Positions 21,894 to 34,142 of a DNA stretch of 64,000 nt are shown here, piece after piece. The notes beneath the pieces were generated by a model, which searched no databases, was not told where the DNA came from, and saw only the letters and a program-made list of their open reading frames with translations. This DNA comes from Gemmatimonadota bacterium (GTDB taxonomy: Bacteria > Gemmatimonadota > Gemmatimonadetes > Gemmatimonadales > GWC2-71-9), in assembly GCA_039930765.1 (NCBI GenBank), contig JBDTTF010000011.1:28815-92814 (forward strand), read 5' to 3'. The position numbers were made by a program, and so were the translations under genes. Position 1 is the first letter of the stretch. Each line of letters starts with the position of its first letter.

Positions 21894-22622
21894 ATGGAGG
21901 ACACCATGCGACACATGCGGGTGAGCGGTCATCATCTGATCGACCAGGCGCGCGAGCGCTTTGCCCTGCAGGACTACTATGGCGCCATTCACCTGCTGGA
22001 AGAGGTGAAGCAGGCGGGCCGGCCATTCGCCGACGTGGAACACCTGCTCGGATTGAGCCAGGCGCTGCTGGGCCGTCCCGAACTGGCCCTGGGTCATTTC
22101 GAGGAGGCGCTGCGGCTCAATCCGCGCTACATCGAGGCCCATATCCACCGTGGCCTGATGCTGACCGAGCTGGGCCGCACCGAAGAGGGTGAGGAGGCCT
22201 TTCGCCTGGCCTCGGTGTGCAACATGCCGGTCGAGGGCGGACTGCCGCCGCATATCGTGGCACAGCTGGCCAACCGGCACGCCGAACTCGCCGAGGCGTA
22301 CGCCGAGGTCGGTCACCTGGCCGAGGCCATCGAGCAGTATCGCCGGGCCACCGAACTGGCCCCGACATTTGCGGACCTCCGCTATCGGATGGCGCGGCTG
22401 ATGCTCGAGGAGGGCCGCACCCTGGCCGCCCGTGAGGAGCTCGAAAAAGTGGTTGCCGACCGGCCCAACTTCGTCGACGCCATCGCGGCGCTGGGACTGG
22501 CGCATTATCTGTCGGGCGATGCCGCCGGCGCCGGGGCGCTGTGGAAGGATTGTCTTTCCGATCGTCCCAGCAACGCCAGAATCGAGGCCTACCTCGGCAT
22601 GCTGGAGCGGGCCGAATCGTGA
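21894..22622 (+). CDS. cytoplasmic TPR-repeat protein, function unknown
   Basis: TPR-like repeats (ALGHFEEALRLNPRYIEAHIHRG, AIEQYRRATELAP); no signal peptide; ATG 21894 (ORF-track 21795 overlaps uxs). Confidence 0.6.
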   Translation: MEDTMRHMRVSGHHLIDQARERFALQDYYGAIHLLEEVKQAGRPFADVEHLLGLSQALLGRPELALGHFEEALRLNPRYIEAHIHRGLMLTELGRTEEGEEAFRLASVCNMPVEGGLPPHIVAQLANRHAELAEAYAEVGHLAEAIEQYRRATELAPTFADLRYRMARLMLEEGRTLAAREELEKVVADRPNFVDAIAALGLAHYLSGDAAGAGALWKDCLSDRPSNARIEAYLGMLERAES

Positions 22623-23533
22623 ATTGCCGGGCGGGACTGGGTCTGTTGCTGCTGGTGGCCGGGTGCCTGCGTGCCGCCACCGATCACGAGCAGCTTGGAG
22701 ACGCCGCCTACGCCAAGGGCGCCTATGCCGACGCGCTGGCTGAATACCGCGCAGGCGCGAGGACCAGTCCCACGCCCACGCTGGAAGCCAAGATCGGGCT
22801 CACCGCGCTGCACGTCCCTTCGCTGCGGGACGCGGCGGAGGCCTATCAGACATTGGCGGCGTCCGATCGCTCTCGATCCGATGAGGCCGCGACCGGCCTG
22901 GTGCTGACGGCGCGGGCTGCCGAACGGAGCGCCGATACGGTGGCGCTGAGGCAGGCACTCGACGGTCTGCGGACCCTGGCGCCCGACCGGGCCAGTGGCC
23001 AGACCGCGCTCAGTCTGATTCGGGCTGGCAAGCTCGATCCGCCGGAAGTAGTGGCGCTGATGCCGGCAGCCCTGGCTGCGGCCCGAGACGGCGGATCGAT
23101 CGACACCCTGCTGCTGGCCTACGGTCAGGCGCTGCGGGTCACTACCGCATGTGAAGAGGGGGCCGCCGTTTTCCGGACGGCCTACCGGCGAGTCCAGGAC
23201 GCCGGCGCCCGGAACCGGGCGGTGAACGGACTGGCCGGATGTGCCCTGCAGCTCGGAGAAGAAGCGTTGACGCTCAAGAAGGCCGACCAGGCCGCCGATT
23301 GGTTCCAGACCGTCGTCCAAGTGGATTCCACCACCCCGACCGGTCGCCGCGCGCTGCTGGGCCTGGGGCACGCCCGGGAAGCACAGGGAGACCTGGTGGC
23401 CGCGGTCATCTCCTACCAGCGGGCCATGGGATCCGATTCGGTGGCCGATTCCCTCAGCCTCGTGGCCCGGGCGCGGGTGTCAGCCATCGGTTCCGCCCAG
23501 CCCACCGATTCAACCACCGGGAGCAGGCCGTGA
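22619..23533 (+). CDS. uncharacterised lipoprotein with TPR-like helices
   Basis: Lipobox GLLLLVAGC; GTGA overlaps at both ends (with the upstream TPR gene and with bamD). Confidence 0.55.
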   Translation: MNCRAGLGLLLLVAGCLRAATDHEQLGDAAYAKGAYADALAEYRAGARTSPTPTLEAKIGLTALHVPSLRDAAEAYQTLAASDRSRSDEAATGLVLTARAAERSADTVALRQALDGLRTLAPDRASGQTALSLIRAGKLDPPEVVALMPAALAAARDGGSIDTLLLAYGQALRVTTACEEGAAVFRTAYRRVQDAGARNRAVNGLAGCALQLGEEALTLKKADQAADWFQTVVQVDSTTPTGRRALLGLGHAREAQGDLVAAVISYQRAMGSDSVADSLSLVARARVSAIGSAQPTDSTTGSRP

Positions 23534-24312
23534 AGAAGCTCATGGCTGCGGCGCTGCTGCTGGCTGCCACCGGCTGCCATCACCGTACCCGGGTGCACAA
23601 CACCGTCGATCCGGAAAACGCCTTGGCGCTGACGGCGCCCCCGGGACAGATCGACAGCATCTGGCGCCTGGCACTCCGTGAGGTCCGGCTCGGTCGTTGG
23701 AGCAAGGTGTCGACCAAGCTCGAGCGGGTGACGCTCGAGTTCCCTCCCGGCGATCCCCGCATCGTCCAGGCCCGATTCTATCTCGGCGAGGCCCAGTTTG
23801 CGCTCGGGGATCAGCTGGCCGCGGCCCGTGAGTTCCGCCGGGTGTCGGATGAGACTCCCAACGATCCGCTGGCTCCGATTGCCTTGCTTCGGGCCGGTGA
23901 TGCCTATGCCGACCTGTGGCGCAAGCCTGAACTCGATCCGACCTACGCGCAGACCGCGATTTCCACGTACCAGGAGCTGTCCAACCGCTATCCCGGCTCT
24001 GATGCGGCCACCCGGGCGCGGGAGCAGGTCGACTATCTGCAGGGACGGTTTGCCTATAAGCAATACCGGGCGGCGCTCTATTATTACCGGCTCAAGGCCT
24101 ACGATTCCGCAATCCTGTACCTGAAGGATGTGGTCGCCACCTACCCGCGCAGCGAGATCGCGCCGGAGGCGCTGATCACGCTGATCTCGGCGTACCAGAA
24201 GCTGGGATATGTGGAGGATGTGAAGGAAACCTGCGGGTACCTCCGGCGATTCCATCCCAGCGCGCCAAGGATTGACGAGGCGTGTCCGCTCGAGGGCGCC
24301 GGGCCCTCCTGA
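23530..24312 (+). CDS. bamD: outer-membrane protein assembly factor BamD (YfiO family lipoprotein)
   Basis: Lipobox LLLAATGC; TPR body with ARFYLGEAQFALGD, YYYRLKAYDSAILYLKDVVATYPRS, LISAYQKLGY. Confidence 0.8.
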   Translation: MKKLMAAALLLAATGCHHRTRVHNTVDPENALALTAPPGQIDSIWRLALREVRLGRWSKVSTKLERVTLEFPPGDPRIVQARFYLGEAQFALGDQLAAAREFRRVSDETPNDPLAPIALLRAGDAYADLWRKPELDPTYAQTAISTYQELSNRYPGSDAATRAREQVDYLQGRFAYKQYRAALYYYRLKAYDSAILYLKDVVATYPRSEIAPEALITLISAYQKLGYVEDVKETCGYLRRFHPSAPRIDEACPLEGAGPS

Positions 24313-24316
24313 CGCG

Positions 24317-24892
24317 ATGATTGGCCTGCTGGGCGGTTCGTTCGACCCGATTCATCACGGTCATCTGCTGGCGGCCCAGTCTCTGTACGAGTCGCTGGAA
24401 TTGAGCGCGGTCTGGCTGGTGCCGGCCGGACAGCAGCCGTTCAAGGCCGGGATGCACGCCGCGTCAGCGGAGGACCGCGCCGCCATGGTCGGGCTGGCCA
24501 TTGAGGGGGTGCCGCATTTTAAGCTCGAGCGGATGGAGCTGGAACGGCCTGGTCCGTCCTATACCGTGGATACGCTTCAGGCCCTGAGGTCGCGGCTGCC
24601 AGGCCAGCGTTTCGCGCTGCTGGTTGGCGCCGATGCCGCGCAGGAGCTACCCCAGTGGCACCAGGCGGATGCGTTGCCCGGGCTGGCCGAGGTCATCGCC
24701 TTTGGGCGGGGCGGCCAGCTGGCCGGGCCGCATCCGCTGGTGAGCAGGCAGGTGGAAGTACCGGTGGTACAGATTTCGGCGACGGAAATTCGCCGGCGGG
24801 TCGCCGGGGGACGGTCGATCCGCTATTGGTTGCCCGAGGCCGTGGCGCAGTACATCGCGCGGCGCGGGCTGTATCGAAAGACAGAGGCATGA
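24317..24892 (+). CDS. nadD: nicotinate-nucleotide adenylyltransferase
   Basis: [25 protein letters not shown] motifs. Confidence 0.88.
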   Translation: MIGLLGGSFDPIHHGHLLAAQSLYESLELSAVWLVPAGQQPFKAGMHAASAEDRAAMVGLAIEGVPHFKLERMELERPGPSYTVDTLQALRSRLPGQRFALLVGADAAQELPQWHQADALPGLAEVIAFGRGGQLAGPHPLVSRQVEVPVVQISATEIRRRVAGGRSIRYWLPEAVAQYIARRGLYRKTEA

Positions 24893-27800
24893 TCAACAAA
24901 GTCATCTCCGCGGTCCTTGGGACGCGGTTCGATCGGGAAATGAAGAAGATCCGCCCCATCGTCGCCGAGATTCACCGGCACGAGGTGCGGCTCAAGCCAC
25001 TGCCCGACGCGGAGATCCAGGGCCAGACGGCCCGGTTCCGCGCCCGGCTCCACGAGCTGACCGGTCCGACGCTCAAGGAGCTGGAAGAGGTCCGGGCCGC
25101 CAAGCACGCCTGCCCCGATCCGGATGAACGGGACCAGCTCGAGGAAAAATCCCAGCAGCTCGACGAGGCCTTCCGCAAGCAGCTGGCGGTCGGACTCGAT
25201 GCGCTGCTGCCCGAGGCCTTTGCCACCCTGCGTGAGGCCTGCCGGCGTCTGCTGGGCAGCACGGTGATGGTCACCGGTCAGGAACTGACCTGGGACATGG
25301 TGCCGTATGACGTCCAGCTCATCGGCGGCATCGTGCTGCACCAGGGCAAGATCGCCGAGATGGCCACCGGCGAAGGCAAGACCCTGGTCGCGACGCTGCC
25401 GCTGTATCTCAACGCCCTGGCCGCTCGCGGCACCCACCTTGTCACCGTCAATAACTACCTGGCGCGCCGTGACTCGCAGTGGATGGGCCACGTGTATGCC
25501 TGGCTGGGGCTGACGGTCGCCTGTCTCGATGACACCGAGCCGTCGTCGCCGGAGCGGTTTGCGGCGTATCGGGCGGACATCACCTACGGGACCAACAACG
25601 AATTCGGTTTCGACTATCTGCGGGACAACATGGTGTTCACGCTCCAGCAGCGGGTCCAGCGTGAGCACGCCTATGCCATCATCGACGAGGTCGACTCGAT
25701 CCTGATCGATGAAGCCCGCACCCCGCTGATCATCTCCGGGCCGGTCGGCACCGAGGTCGATGACAAGTATGCCGAGTTCAATCGCCAAGTGGCGGAACTG
25801 GTCCGGAAGCAGACGGCGGTGGTGAACACCCTGCTGGCCGAGGGGGAGCCACTGATCGGCGATCCCAAGACCCTGCCGCAGGGTGCCATCAAGCTCTACC
25901 TGGCCCAGCTCGGCATGCCCAAGAACAAGCGGCTGCTCAAGCTGCTCAACGAATCGGGTGTCAAGCAGGCCGTCCAGCGGGTCGAGCTCGATGTCATCGG
26001 CGATCGCAAGCTCCCGACCCGCCAGCAACAGCTCCGTGATTTCGAAGAGCCGCTCTATTTCGTACTTGACGAAAAGGGCCACAGCGTCCACCTGACCGAC
26101 CGCGGTTCTGCCGCCATGTCCCCCGAGGATCCGGAGCTGTTCCTGGTGCCGGATATTTCCGAGGCGTTCCTGAGGATCGAGCGTGATCCCGAGTTGACGC
26201 CGGCGGCCAGGCTCACCGCCCGGCGCGAGCTCGAATCGGAGTACGCCATCAAGAGTGAAAAGCTCCACATCATCCACAAGCTGCTCCAGGCCCACGCCCT
26301 GTACGAGAAGGAAGTGGATTACCTGGTCCAGGACGGGGCGGTGCTGATCGTCGATGAGTTCACCGGACGGTTGATGTCCGGTCGCCGCTGGGCGGATGGA
26401 TTGCATCAGGCGGTCGAAGCCAAGGAGGGGGTCCAGGTCAAAGGGGAGACTCAGACCCTGGCCACCATCACGATCCAGAACTACTTCCGGATGTACGACA
26501 AGCGCGCCGGAATGACGGGCACCGCCGAAACCGAAGAGCAGGAATTCTTCGATATCTACAAGATGGATGTCGTCGTCATTCCGACCAACCGGCCGGCGGC
26601 AAGGAAGGACCAGGACGACCGGATCTACAAGACCCGGCGCGAGAAGTACATCGCGATCGCGGATGAGGTGGAGCGACTGCACAAGCTGGGACTGCCGGTC
26701 CTGATCGGGACCGTGAACGTCGATGTGTCCGAGACCTTGTCCCGCCAGCTCAAGCGCCGCGGGCTCACCCACGAGGTCCTCAACGCCAAGTATCACCAGC
26801 GGGAGGCCGAGATCGTGGCCGGGGCCGGGCAGAAGGAAGCCATCACGATCGCCACCAACATGGCGGGCCGCGGTACCGACATCAAACTGGGCGCCGACCT
26901 CGACCTCACGGCCGAGGAAGCCGGGCTGCAGATCATCGGCACCGAACGCCACGAGTCGCGCCGGATCGATCGCCAGTTGCGCGGCCGCTCCGGCCGCCAG
27001 GGCGACCCCGGCCAGACTGTCTTCTTCCTCTCGCTCGAAGACGACCTCATGCGGCTGTTCGGCTCCGACCGGATTGCCAAGCTGATGGACATGGCCGGTC
27101 ACCAGGAGGGGGACGTGATCAGCCACCCGCTGGTCACCCGGAACATCGGCCAGGCCCAGAAACGGGTCGAGCTGCAGAACTTCGAGGCTCGCAAGCGGCT
27201 GCTGGAATATGACGACGTGATGAACCAGCAGCGCGACGTGGTCTACTCCCAGCGGAAATTCGCCCTCGAGAAAGGCGAGGAGCTGACCGCCGAATCGATC
27301 CGGATGGTCGAGAACGCGCTGGTCAGCCTGGTGGAAGCCCAGCTGGCCGACATCCGCTCGCCCCAGGATTACGACCGTCCGGCACTGCACAGCGAACTGC
27401 TGATGCAATACATGGTTTCGGTGCCGTCGATCCTCGAGCCGGCCCAGACGCCCGATCGTGAATCCATCCGGGCCGCCGCGCATGCCGAGGGTCAGGCCAC
27501 CTTCAAGCGCAAGCGCGAGTACCTCGAGGAGTTTGGCCGGACGGTGGGTGTGCCGGACGTGTACCAGCAGGTGCTGAGCAATGTGATGCTCGCGGCCCTG
27601 GACGAGAAGTGGAAGGATCATCTCTACGACCTCGACCACCTCAAGAGCGCAATTCACTTCCGGGGCATCGGGCAGCGGGACCCGCTGGTCGAATACAAGC
27701 GCGAGGCCTTCGAGATGTTCGAAGACCTGATGCGTGATATCCATGCAACCTTTGCCGAGCGTTTCCTCAAGATCCAGGTCTCGGCTGAAGCACCTCGGCC

Positions 27801-28035
27801 ACCGGCGCCACCGCCACCACCCCGGGGTCCGGTCACCGAATCGTCGCGGGCCAATGAAATGATGCCCGGTGCCGCACCCGATGCCCCGCCTGCGCCGAGG
27901 CCTCGGCCCTCCGTCCGGCTTCCGGGTGCCCCCATGACCCCGCCCCCACTCGGCGGTGCGCCGGTCGGACGCAATGATCCGTGTCCCTGTGGATCAGGCA
28001 AGAAATACAAGAAGTGCCACGGGGCGGGCGCCTGA
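24889..28035 (+). CDS. secA: preprotein translocase ATPase SecA
   Basis: [66 protein letters not shown]-terminal zinc motif [14 protein letters not shown] after a Pro-rich linker; ATGA overlap with nadD. Confidence 0.97.
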   Translation: MINKVISAVLGTRFDREMKKIRPIVAEIHRHEVRLKPLPDAEIQGQTARFRARLHELTGPTLKELEEVRAAKHACPDPDERDQLEEKSQQLDEAFRKQLAVGLDALLPEAFATLREACRRLLGSTVMVTGQELTWDMVPYDVQLIGGIVLHQGKIAEMATGEGKTLVATLPLYLNALAARGTHLVTVNNYLARRDSQWMGHVYAWLGLTVACLDDTEPSSPERFAAYRADITYGTNNEFGFDYLRDNMVFTLQQRVQREHAYAIIDEVDSILIDEARTPLIISGPVGTEVDDKYAEFNRQVAELVRKQTAVVNTLLAEGEPLIGDPKTLPQGAIKLYLAQLGMPKNKRLLKLLNESGVKQAVQRVELDVIGDRKLPTRQQQLRDFEEPLYFVLDEKGHSVHLTDRGSAAMSPEDPELFLVPDISEAFLRIERDPELTPAARLTARRELESEYAIKSEKLHIIHKLLQAHALYEKEVDYLVQDGAVLIVDEFTGRLMSGRRWADGLHQAVEAKEGVQVKGETQTLATITIQNYFRMYDKRAGMTGTAETEEQEFFDIYKMDVVVIPTNRPAARKDQDDRIYKTRREKYIAIADEVERLHKLGLPVLIGTVNVDVSETLSRQLKRRGLTHEVLNAKYHQREAEIVAGAGQKEAITIATNMAGRGTDIKLGADLDLTAEEAGLQIIGTERHESRRIDRQLRGRSGRQGDPGQTVFFLSLEDDLMRLFGSDRIAKLMDMAGHQEGDVISHPLVTRNIGQAQKRVELQNFEARKRLLEYDDVMNQQRDVVYSQRKFALEKGEELTAESIRMVENALVSLVEAQLADIRSPQDYDRPALHSELLMQYMVSVPSILEPAQTPDRESIRAAAHAEGQATFKRKREYLEEFGRTVGVPDVYQQVLSNVMLAALDEKWKDHLYDLDHLKSAIHFRGIGQRDPLVEYKREAFEMFEDLMRDIHATFAERFLKIQVSAEAPRPPAPPPPPRGPVTESSRANEMMPGAAPDAPPAPRPRPSVRLPGAPMTPPPLGGAPVGRNDPCPCGSGKKYKKCHGAGA

Positions 28036-28063
28036 GACCAGGGCGCCTGAGGTCAGTGGTCCC

Positions 28064-28098
28064 GGCGCCCCTTCGAGTCATCGACTCGAAGGGGCGCC
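28064..28098 (+). terminator. strong hairpin after secA (possible terminator, no T-tract)
   Basis: GGCGCCCCTTCGAGTC-ATC-GACTCGAAGGGGCGCC, perfect 16-bp stem; followed by GCACATTT rather than a U-run. Confidence 0.45.
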
Positions 28099-28200
28099 GC
28101 ACATTTGCGGCCGCTTGCCGCCTGCGGGGTGATAGCCGGAGTGCCAGGACTGCCGTGTTGCGTTGCGGGGTTGGCTGCTGCGTTGAAATGGTAGGGTGAA

Positions 28201-28907
28201 TTGAGCCGGCAGACGCTAGGATGGAGGGTGCCTGCTACCGACTTTCCGGCTCCCGGCCATGATCGGCCTCGCGAACGCCTCTGGGCCCTGGGCCCTGATG
28301 CGTTGACGGCCGCGGAACTCCTCGCCATCCTCCTAGAGACGGGCGGCGGCGGCCGGTCGGTCCAGGAACTCTCGGCTCATGTGCTGGCAGAGGCGGGTGG
28401 TTCGCTCAGGACTCTGGCGGCTCGTCCGCGGGCCGAACTGTTGCGGGCCACGGGTATCGGGCCGGCCAAGGCCGCCCGGCTTTGCGCGGCTTTTGAGCTG
28501 GCTTCCCGACTGGTGACCGAGGCCCGGCCGACACTGCCCCGGATCCGGGAACCGCAGGATGTCGTGGGTCTGCTGGGTCCTCGACTCCGGGATCTGGAGG
28601 TCGAGGAGTTTCACCTGCTGGCACTGGATAGCCAGAGTCAGGTCCGGCGCCAGGTTTTGGTCACCCGCGGCCTGCTCAACAGCTCGCTGGTCCACCCGCG
28701 CGAGGTGTTCCGGGCGGCCATCGCCGAGGCGGCGGCCGGCATCATCGTGGTGCACAATCACCCGAGCGGGGATCCGTCGCCATCGCCCGAAGACCGGGCC
28801 GTCACCCGGCAGCTGTCCGAGGCTGGACGCCTGCTTGATGTACCATTGTACGACCACGTCATCGTCGCCGGAGATCGTTTCGTGAGCTTTGCCGCCGCCG
28901 GTCTGCT

Positions 28908-28911
<4 letters not shown>
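28201..28911 (+). CDS. radC: RadC-family JAB/MPN domain protein
   Basis: RPRERLWALGPDALTAAELLAILL, GIGPAKAARL (HhH), HNHPSGDPSPSPED (JAMM-like); TTG start uncertain. Confidence 0.85.
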
Positions 28912-31088
<2,177 letters not shown>

Positions 31089-31144
31089 CGCCCGCCGAGG
31101 CTGCCGTACCTTCCCGCCTCCCGATAACCCTGACCCTGGTCCCG

Positions 31145-31555
31145 ATGCCCGGACACTGGCTGCTCAAGACGGAACCCTCCACCTACTCGTTCGAGCAACT
31201 CGAAACAGAGGGTCGCACGACCTGGGACGGGGTCAGGAATAACCTGGCCCTGATGCACCTCCGAGCCATGAAGGTCGGAGACCAGGTCCTGATCTACCAC
31301 TCCGGTGCCTCGAAGTCGGTGGTCGGGATGGCCCGGGTCGCCGCGCCGGCCTATCCTGACCCGGCACACGCCGACCCCAAACTCTCGGTCATCGACCTGA
31401 CTCCACTCCGGCGGCTGAAGCGCCCCATCGCGCTGGCCGAGATCCGAACCGAGCCGGCGCTGGCCGAATCGCCGCTGATCAAGATGACGCGGTTGTCGGT
31501 GATGCCGGTGACGGGCGAGCAGTGGAAAAAGTTCCTGTCCATGGGGGAAGGCTGA
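31145..31555 (+). CDS. EVE (PUA-like) domain protein
   Basis: HWLLKTEPSTYSFEQLETEGRTTWDGVRNNLALMHLRAMKVGDQVLIYHSG; alternative TTG 31085 gives a TTGA overlap with the relA/spoT stop. Confidence 0.75.
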   Translation: MPGHWLLKTEPSTYSFEQLETEGRTTWDGVRNNLALMHLRAMKVGDQVLIYHSGASKSVVGMARVAAPAYPDPAHADPKLSVIDLTPLRRLKRPIALAEIRTEPALAESPLIKMTRLSVMPVTGEQWKKFLSMGEG

Positions 31556-31563
31556 GCTGTGGG

Positions 31564-31581
31564 ATTGTGTGGCCGCACAAT
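31564..31581. promoter_or_regulatory. 18-bp near-perfect palindrome, candidate operator (TTGT-N8-ACAA core)
   Basis: ATTGTGTGGCCGCACAAT, 9 nt after the EVE stop and 100 nt before the uvrB ATG; all positions pair except one T-G. Confidence 0.3.
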
Positions 31582-31592
31582 GAGATTGACAG

Positions 31593-31668
31593 GGCCGTCG
31601 CCTCTGGTTCTTGAACCCGTCCCACCCGTCTCGCCAGCCAACCCGTCTGCCCATCCGTCCTGACCGTC
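31593..31668 (+). repeat. cluster of six direct nCCGTC repeats (three perfect ACCCGTC heptamers)
   Basis: ACCCGTC at 31615, 31624, 31641; ATCCGTC 31653; GACCGTC 31662; GGCCGTC 31593; the last copy abuts the -10 box. Confidence 0.5.
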
Positions 31669-31674
31669 TATATT
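31669..31674 (+). promoter_or_regulatory. -10-like TATATT box 6 nt upstream of the uvrB ATG (implies leaderless mRNA); weak -35
   Basis: TATATT 31669-31674, TCCCCG, ATG 31681; -35 position reads TCTGCC. Confidence 0.35.
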
Positions 31675-31680
31675 TCCCCG

Positions 31681-33735
31681 ATGCCCTCTCCAAAATTCCT
31701 CGTCAAGGCTCCGTTCAAGCCGGCCGGCGATCAGCCTCGTGCCATCGCCGAGTTGTCCGCCGGTCTGATCCGTGGCGACAAGTACCAGACCCTCCTGGGT
31801 GTGACCGGTTCCGGCAAGACGATGACCCTGGCGCACGCCATCGCCAATTACGGCAAGCCGACCCTCGTGCTGTCACATAACAAGACCCTGGCCGCCCAGC
31901 TGTACGGCGAGCTGCGCCAGTTCCTGCCGGACAACGCGGTCGAGTATTTCGTTTCCTATTACGACTACTACCAGCCCGAGGCCTACGTCCCCAGCAGCGA
32001 TGTCTACATCGAGAAGGACGCCTCGATCAATGAGGACATCGAGAGCCTGAGGTTGCGGGCCACCTCGAGCCTGATGGAGCGCGATGACGTGGTCATCGTG
32101 GCCACGGTCAGCGCCATCTATGGCCTCGGTGATCCGGTCGAGTACCGCCGCCAGCTGCTCAACGCGGCGGTCGGCGAAAGCCCCGGGCGCGACGGCATCA
32201 TCCAGGACCTGGTCCGGATCCAGTATGCCCGCAACGACACCTCGTTCGAGCAGGGCACCTTCCGGGTCCGCGGCGATACGATCGAGATCTTTCCGGCCTA
32301 CGCGGAAAAGGCCGTGCGGATCGAGTTCTGGGGCGATACCGTGGAGCGGATCAGCAAGATCGATCCACTGACCGGCAAGGCCGAGCAGCAGCTCGATCGC
32401 TGTTCGATCTATCCCGCCAAGCACTTCATCACCGCCCGCTCCACCATCGAGCGGGGGGTGAAGGCCATCCGGGCCGAACTGTCGGAGCGGCTGGCCGAAC
32501 TGCGTGGCGCCGGCAAGCTGCTCGAGGCGCAGCGGCTGGATTCGCGGACCCACTTCGACATCGAGATGATGCTCGAGGCAGGCACCTGCGCCGGGATCGA
32601 GAACTATTCCCGTCCGCTGAGTGGTCGGGCTGCCGGAGAACGGCCCGCCTGCCTGCTGGACTATTTCCCGCCGGAATACCTGGTGGTGGCGGACGAATCC
32701 CACGTGACCTTGCCGCAGATCGGCGGGATGTATCACGGCGATCGCTCTCGCAAGGAAACCCTGGTGGAGTACGGCTTCCGCCTGCCGTCGGCCCTGGACA
32801 ACCGGCCGCTCCATTTCGAGGAATTCCTCTCGCTCGCGCCGCAACTGATCGCCGTCTCCGCCACCCCGGGGGCGCTGGAGCTCCAGATGTCCGGTGGCCT
32901 CGTGGTGGAACAGCTCATCCGTCCCACCGGCTTGATCGATCCCGAGGTCGATATCCGCCCGGTGGCCGGACAGGTCGATGACCTGCTCGGCGAAATCCGG
33001 CTCCGGACCAGGCGGCACGAGCGGGTGCTGGTCACCACGCTGACCAAGCGGATGTCGGAGGACCTGACCGACTACTTCCAGCAGGCCGGTGTCCGGGTTC
33101 GCTATCTCCATTCCGACATCGACGCGATCGAGCGGATGGAAATCCTCCGGGGTCTGCGCCTGGGTGATTTCGATGTGCTGGTCGGCATCAACCTGCTGCG
33201 GGAAGGTCTCGACCTGCCGGAAGTCAGCCTGGTGGCCATTCTCGATGCGGACCACGAGGGGTTCCTGCGCTCCGACCGCTCCCTGATCCAGACGGTCGGG
33301 CGGGCGGCCCGCCACCAGGAAGGCCGCGCCATCCTGTACGCCGACAAGATCACCGGATCGATGCAGCGGGCCCTGGATGAGATGACCCGGCGCCGCACCA
33401 TCCAGATCGCCCACAACCTCGAGCACGGCATCACTCCGACCTCGATCGTCAAGTCGATGGACGAGGTCAGGCTCAGCACCAGGGTGGCCGATGCCCGCAC
33501 TGAAAAACCGGCGGCTCGGGAAGAGAAGCTGGTCCCCGCCGACCTGCACGATCCCGCCAGGCGAGCGGCGGCACTCGCCGCGCTCGAACGGCAGATGCGG
33601 GATGCCGCCACCAACCTGGAATTCGAACTGGCCGCCACCCTCCGGGATCAGATTCTCGAACTCAAGTCACTGGGCAGCGGCACCGGCCCCCGGACCGAGA
33701 ATCGGCGGCAGCGTCCGGCTCGCCGCCGCGCCTGA
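31681..33735 (+). CDS. uvrB: excinuclease ABC subunit B
   Basis: [10 protein letters not shown] Walker [12 protein letters not shown], helicase motifs, C-terminal UVR motif [11 protein letters not shown]. Confidence 0.96.
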   Translation: MPSPKFLVKAPFKPAGDQPRAIAELSAGLIRGDKYQTLLGVTGSGKTMTLAHAIANYGKPTLVLSHNKTLAAQLYGELRQFLPDNAVEYFVSYYDYYQPEAYVPSSDVYIEKDASINEDIESLRLRATSSLMERDDVVIVATVSAIYGLGDPVEYRRQLLNAAVGESPGRDGIIQDLVRIQYARNDTSFEQGTFRVRGDTIEIFPAYAEKAVRIEFWGDTVERISKIDPLTGKAEQQLDRCSIYPAKHFITARSTIERGVKAIRAELSERLAELRGAGKLLEAQRLDSRTHFDIEMMLEAGTCAGIENYSRPLSGRAAGERPACLLDYFPPEYLVVADESHVTLPQIGGMYHGDRSRKETLVEYGFRLPSALDNRPLHFEEFLSLAPQLIAVSATPGALELQMSGGLVVEQLIRPTGLIDPEVDIRPVAGQVDDLLGEIRLRTRRHERVLVTTLTKRMSEDLTDYFQQAGVRVRYLHSDIDAIERMEILRGLRLGDFDVLVGINLLREGLDLPEVSLVAILDADHEGFLRSDRSLIQTVGRAARHQEGRAILYADKITGSMQRALDEMTRRRTIQIAHNLEHGITPTSIVKSMDEVRLSTRVADARTEKPAAREEKLVPADLHDPARRAAALAALERQMRDAATNLEFELAATLRDQILELKSLGSGTGPRTENRRQRPARRRA

Positions 33736-34142
33736 TGCGGGCGGTCACGCTCGACGAAATGCAGGCCTACGGCGAAAGGCTCGGCCGGGAACTCCAACCC
33801 GGCGTGGTGTTGCTGTTCGACGGTGAACTCGGCGCCGGCAAGACCACCCTGATCACCGCCATCGCCCGCGGTCTCGGGGTCCCGACCGGCGCCACCAGCC
33901 CCACCTATGGGCTGGTCCATCGCTATCAGGGCCGCCGCGGCCCGGTCTTCCACCTCGATTGCTACCGCCTCAGGACCACCGAGGATGCCGCCGATCTGGG
34001 CTGGGACCGGCTGCTCACCGAGGCGGATGCCCTGCTGGTGGAGTGGCCGGACCGGGCCGGAAGCTGGCTGCCTCAGGGCGGCCGCCGGTTCCACCTCAGC
34101 CACCTGACCGAACCGGATCTTCGGGGCATCGAAGAGCGTTAG
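33735..34142 (+). CDS. tsaE: tRNA t6A37 biosynthesis ATPase TsaE
   Basis: LLFDGELGAGKTTLI, SPTYGLVHRY, HLDCYRL, EWPD motifs; TGATG junction with uvrB. Confidence 0.85.
   Translation: MRAVTLDEMQAYGERLGRELQPGVVLLFDGELGAGKTTLITAIARGLGVPTGATSPTYGLVHRYQGRRGPVFHLDCYRLRTTEDAADLGWDRLLTEADALLVEWPDRAGSWLPQGGRRFHLSHLTEPDLRGIEER

Noticed and set aside
24823-27744. 973-aa ORF on the minus strand, antisense to secA
   Set aside because: It lies entirely inside a gene with unambiguous SecA motifs. The translation is Arg/Gly/Pro/Leu-rich with no recognisable domain, the usual stop-free shadow frame of GC-rich DNA.
28099-28200. 100-nt gap between the secA hairpin and radC as a possible small RNA
   Set aside because: I could find no promoter-like box, no terminator and no conserved RNA motif (SRP, 6S, RNase P, tmRNA signatures are absent). 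It is probably just the radC leader/promoter region.
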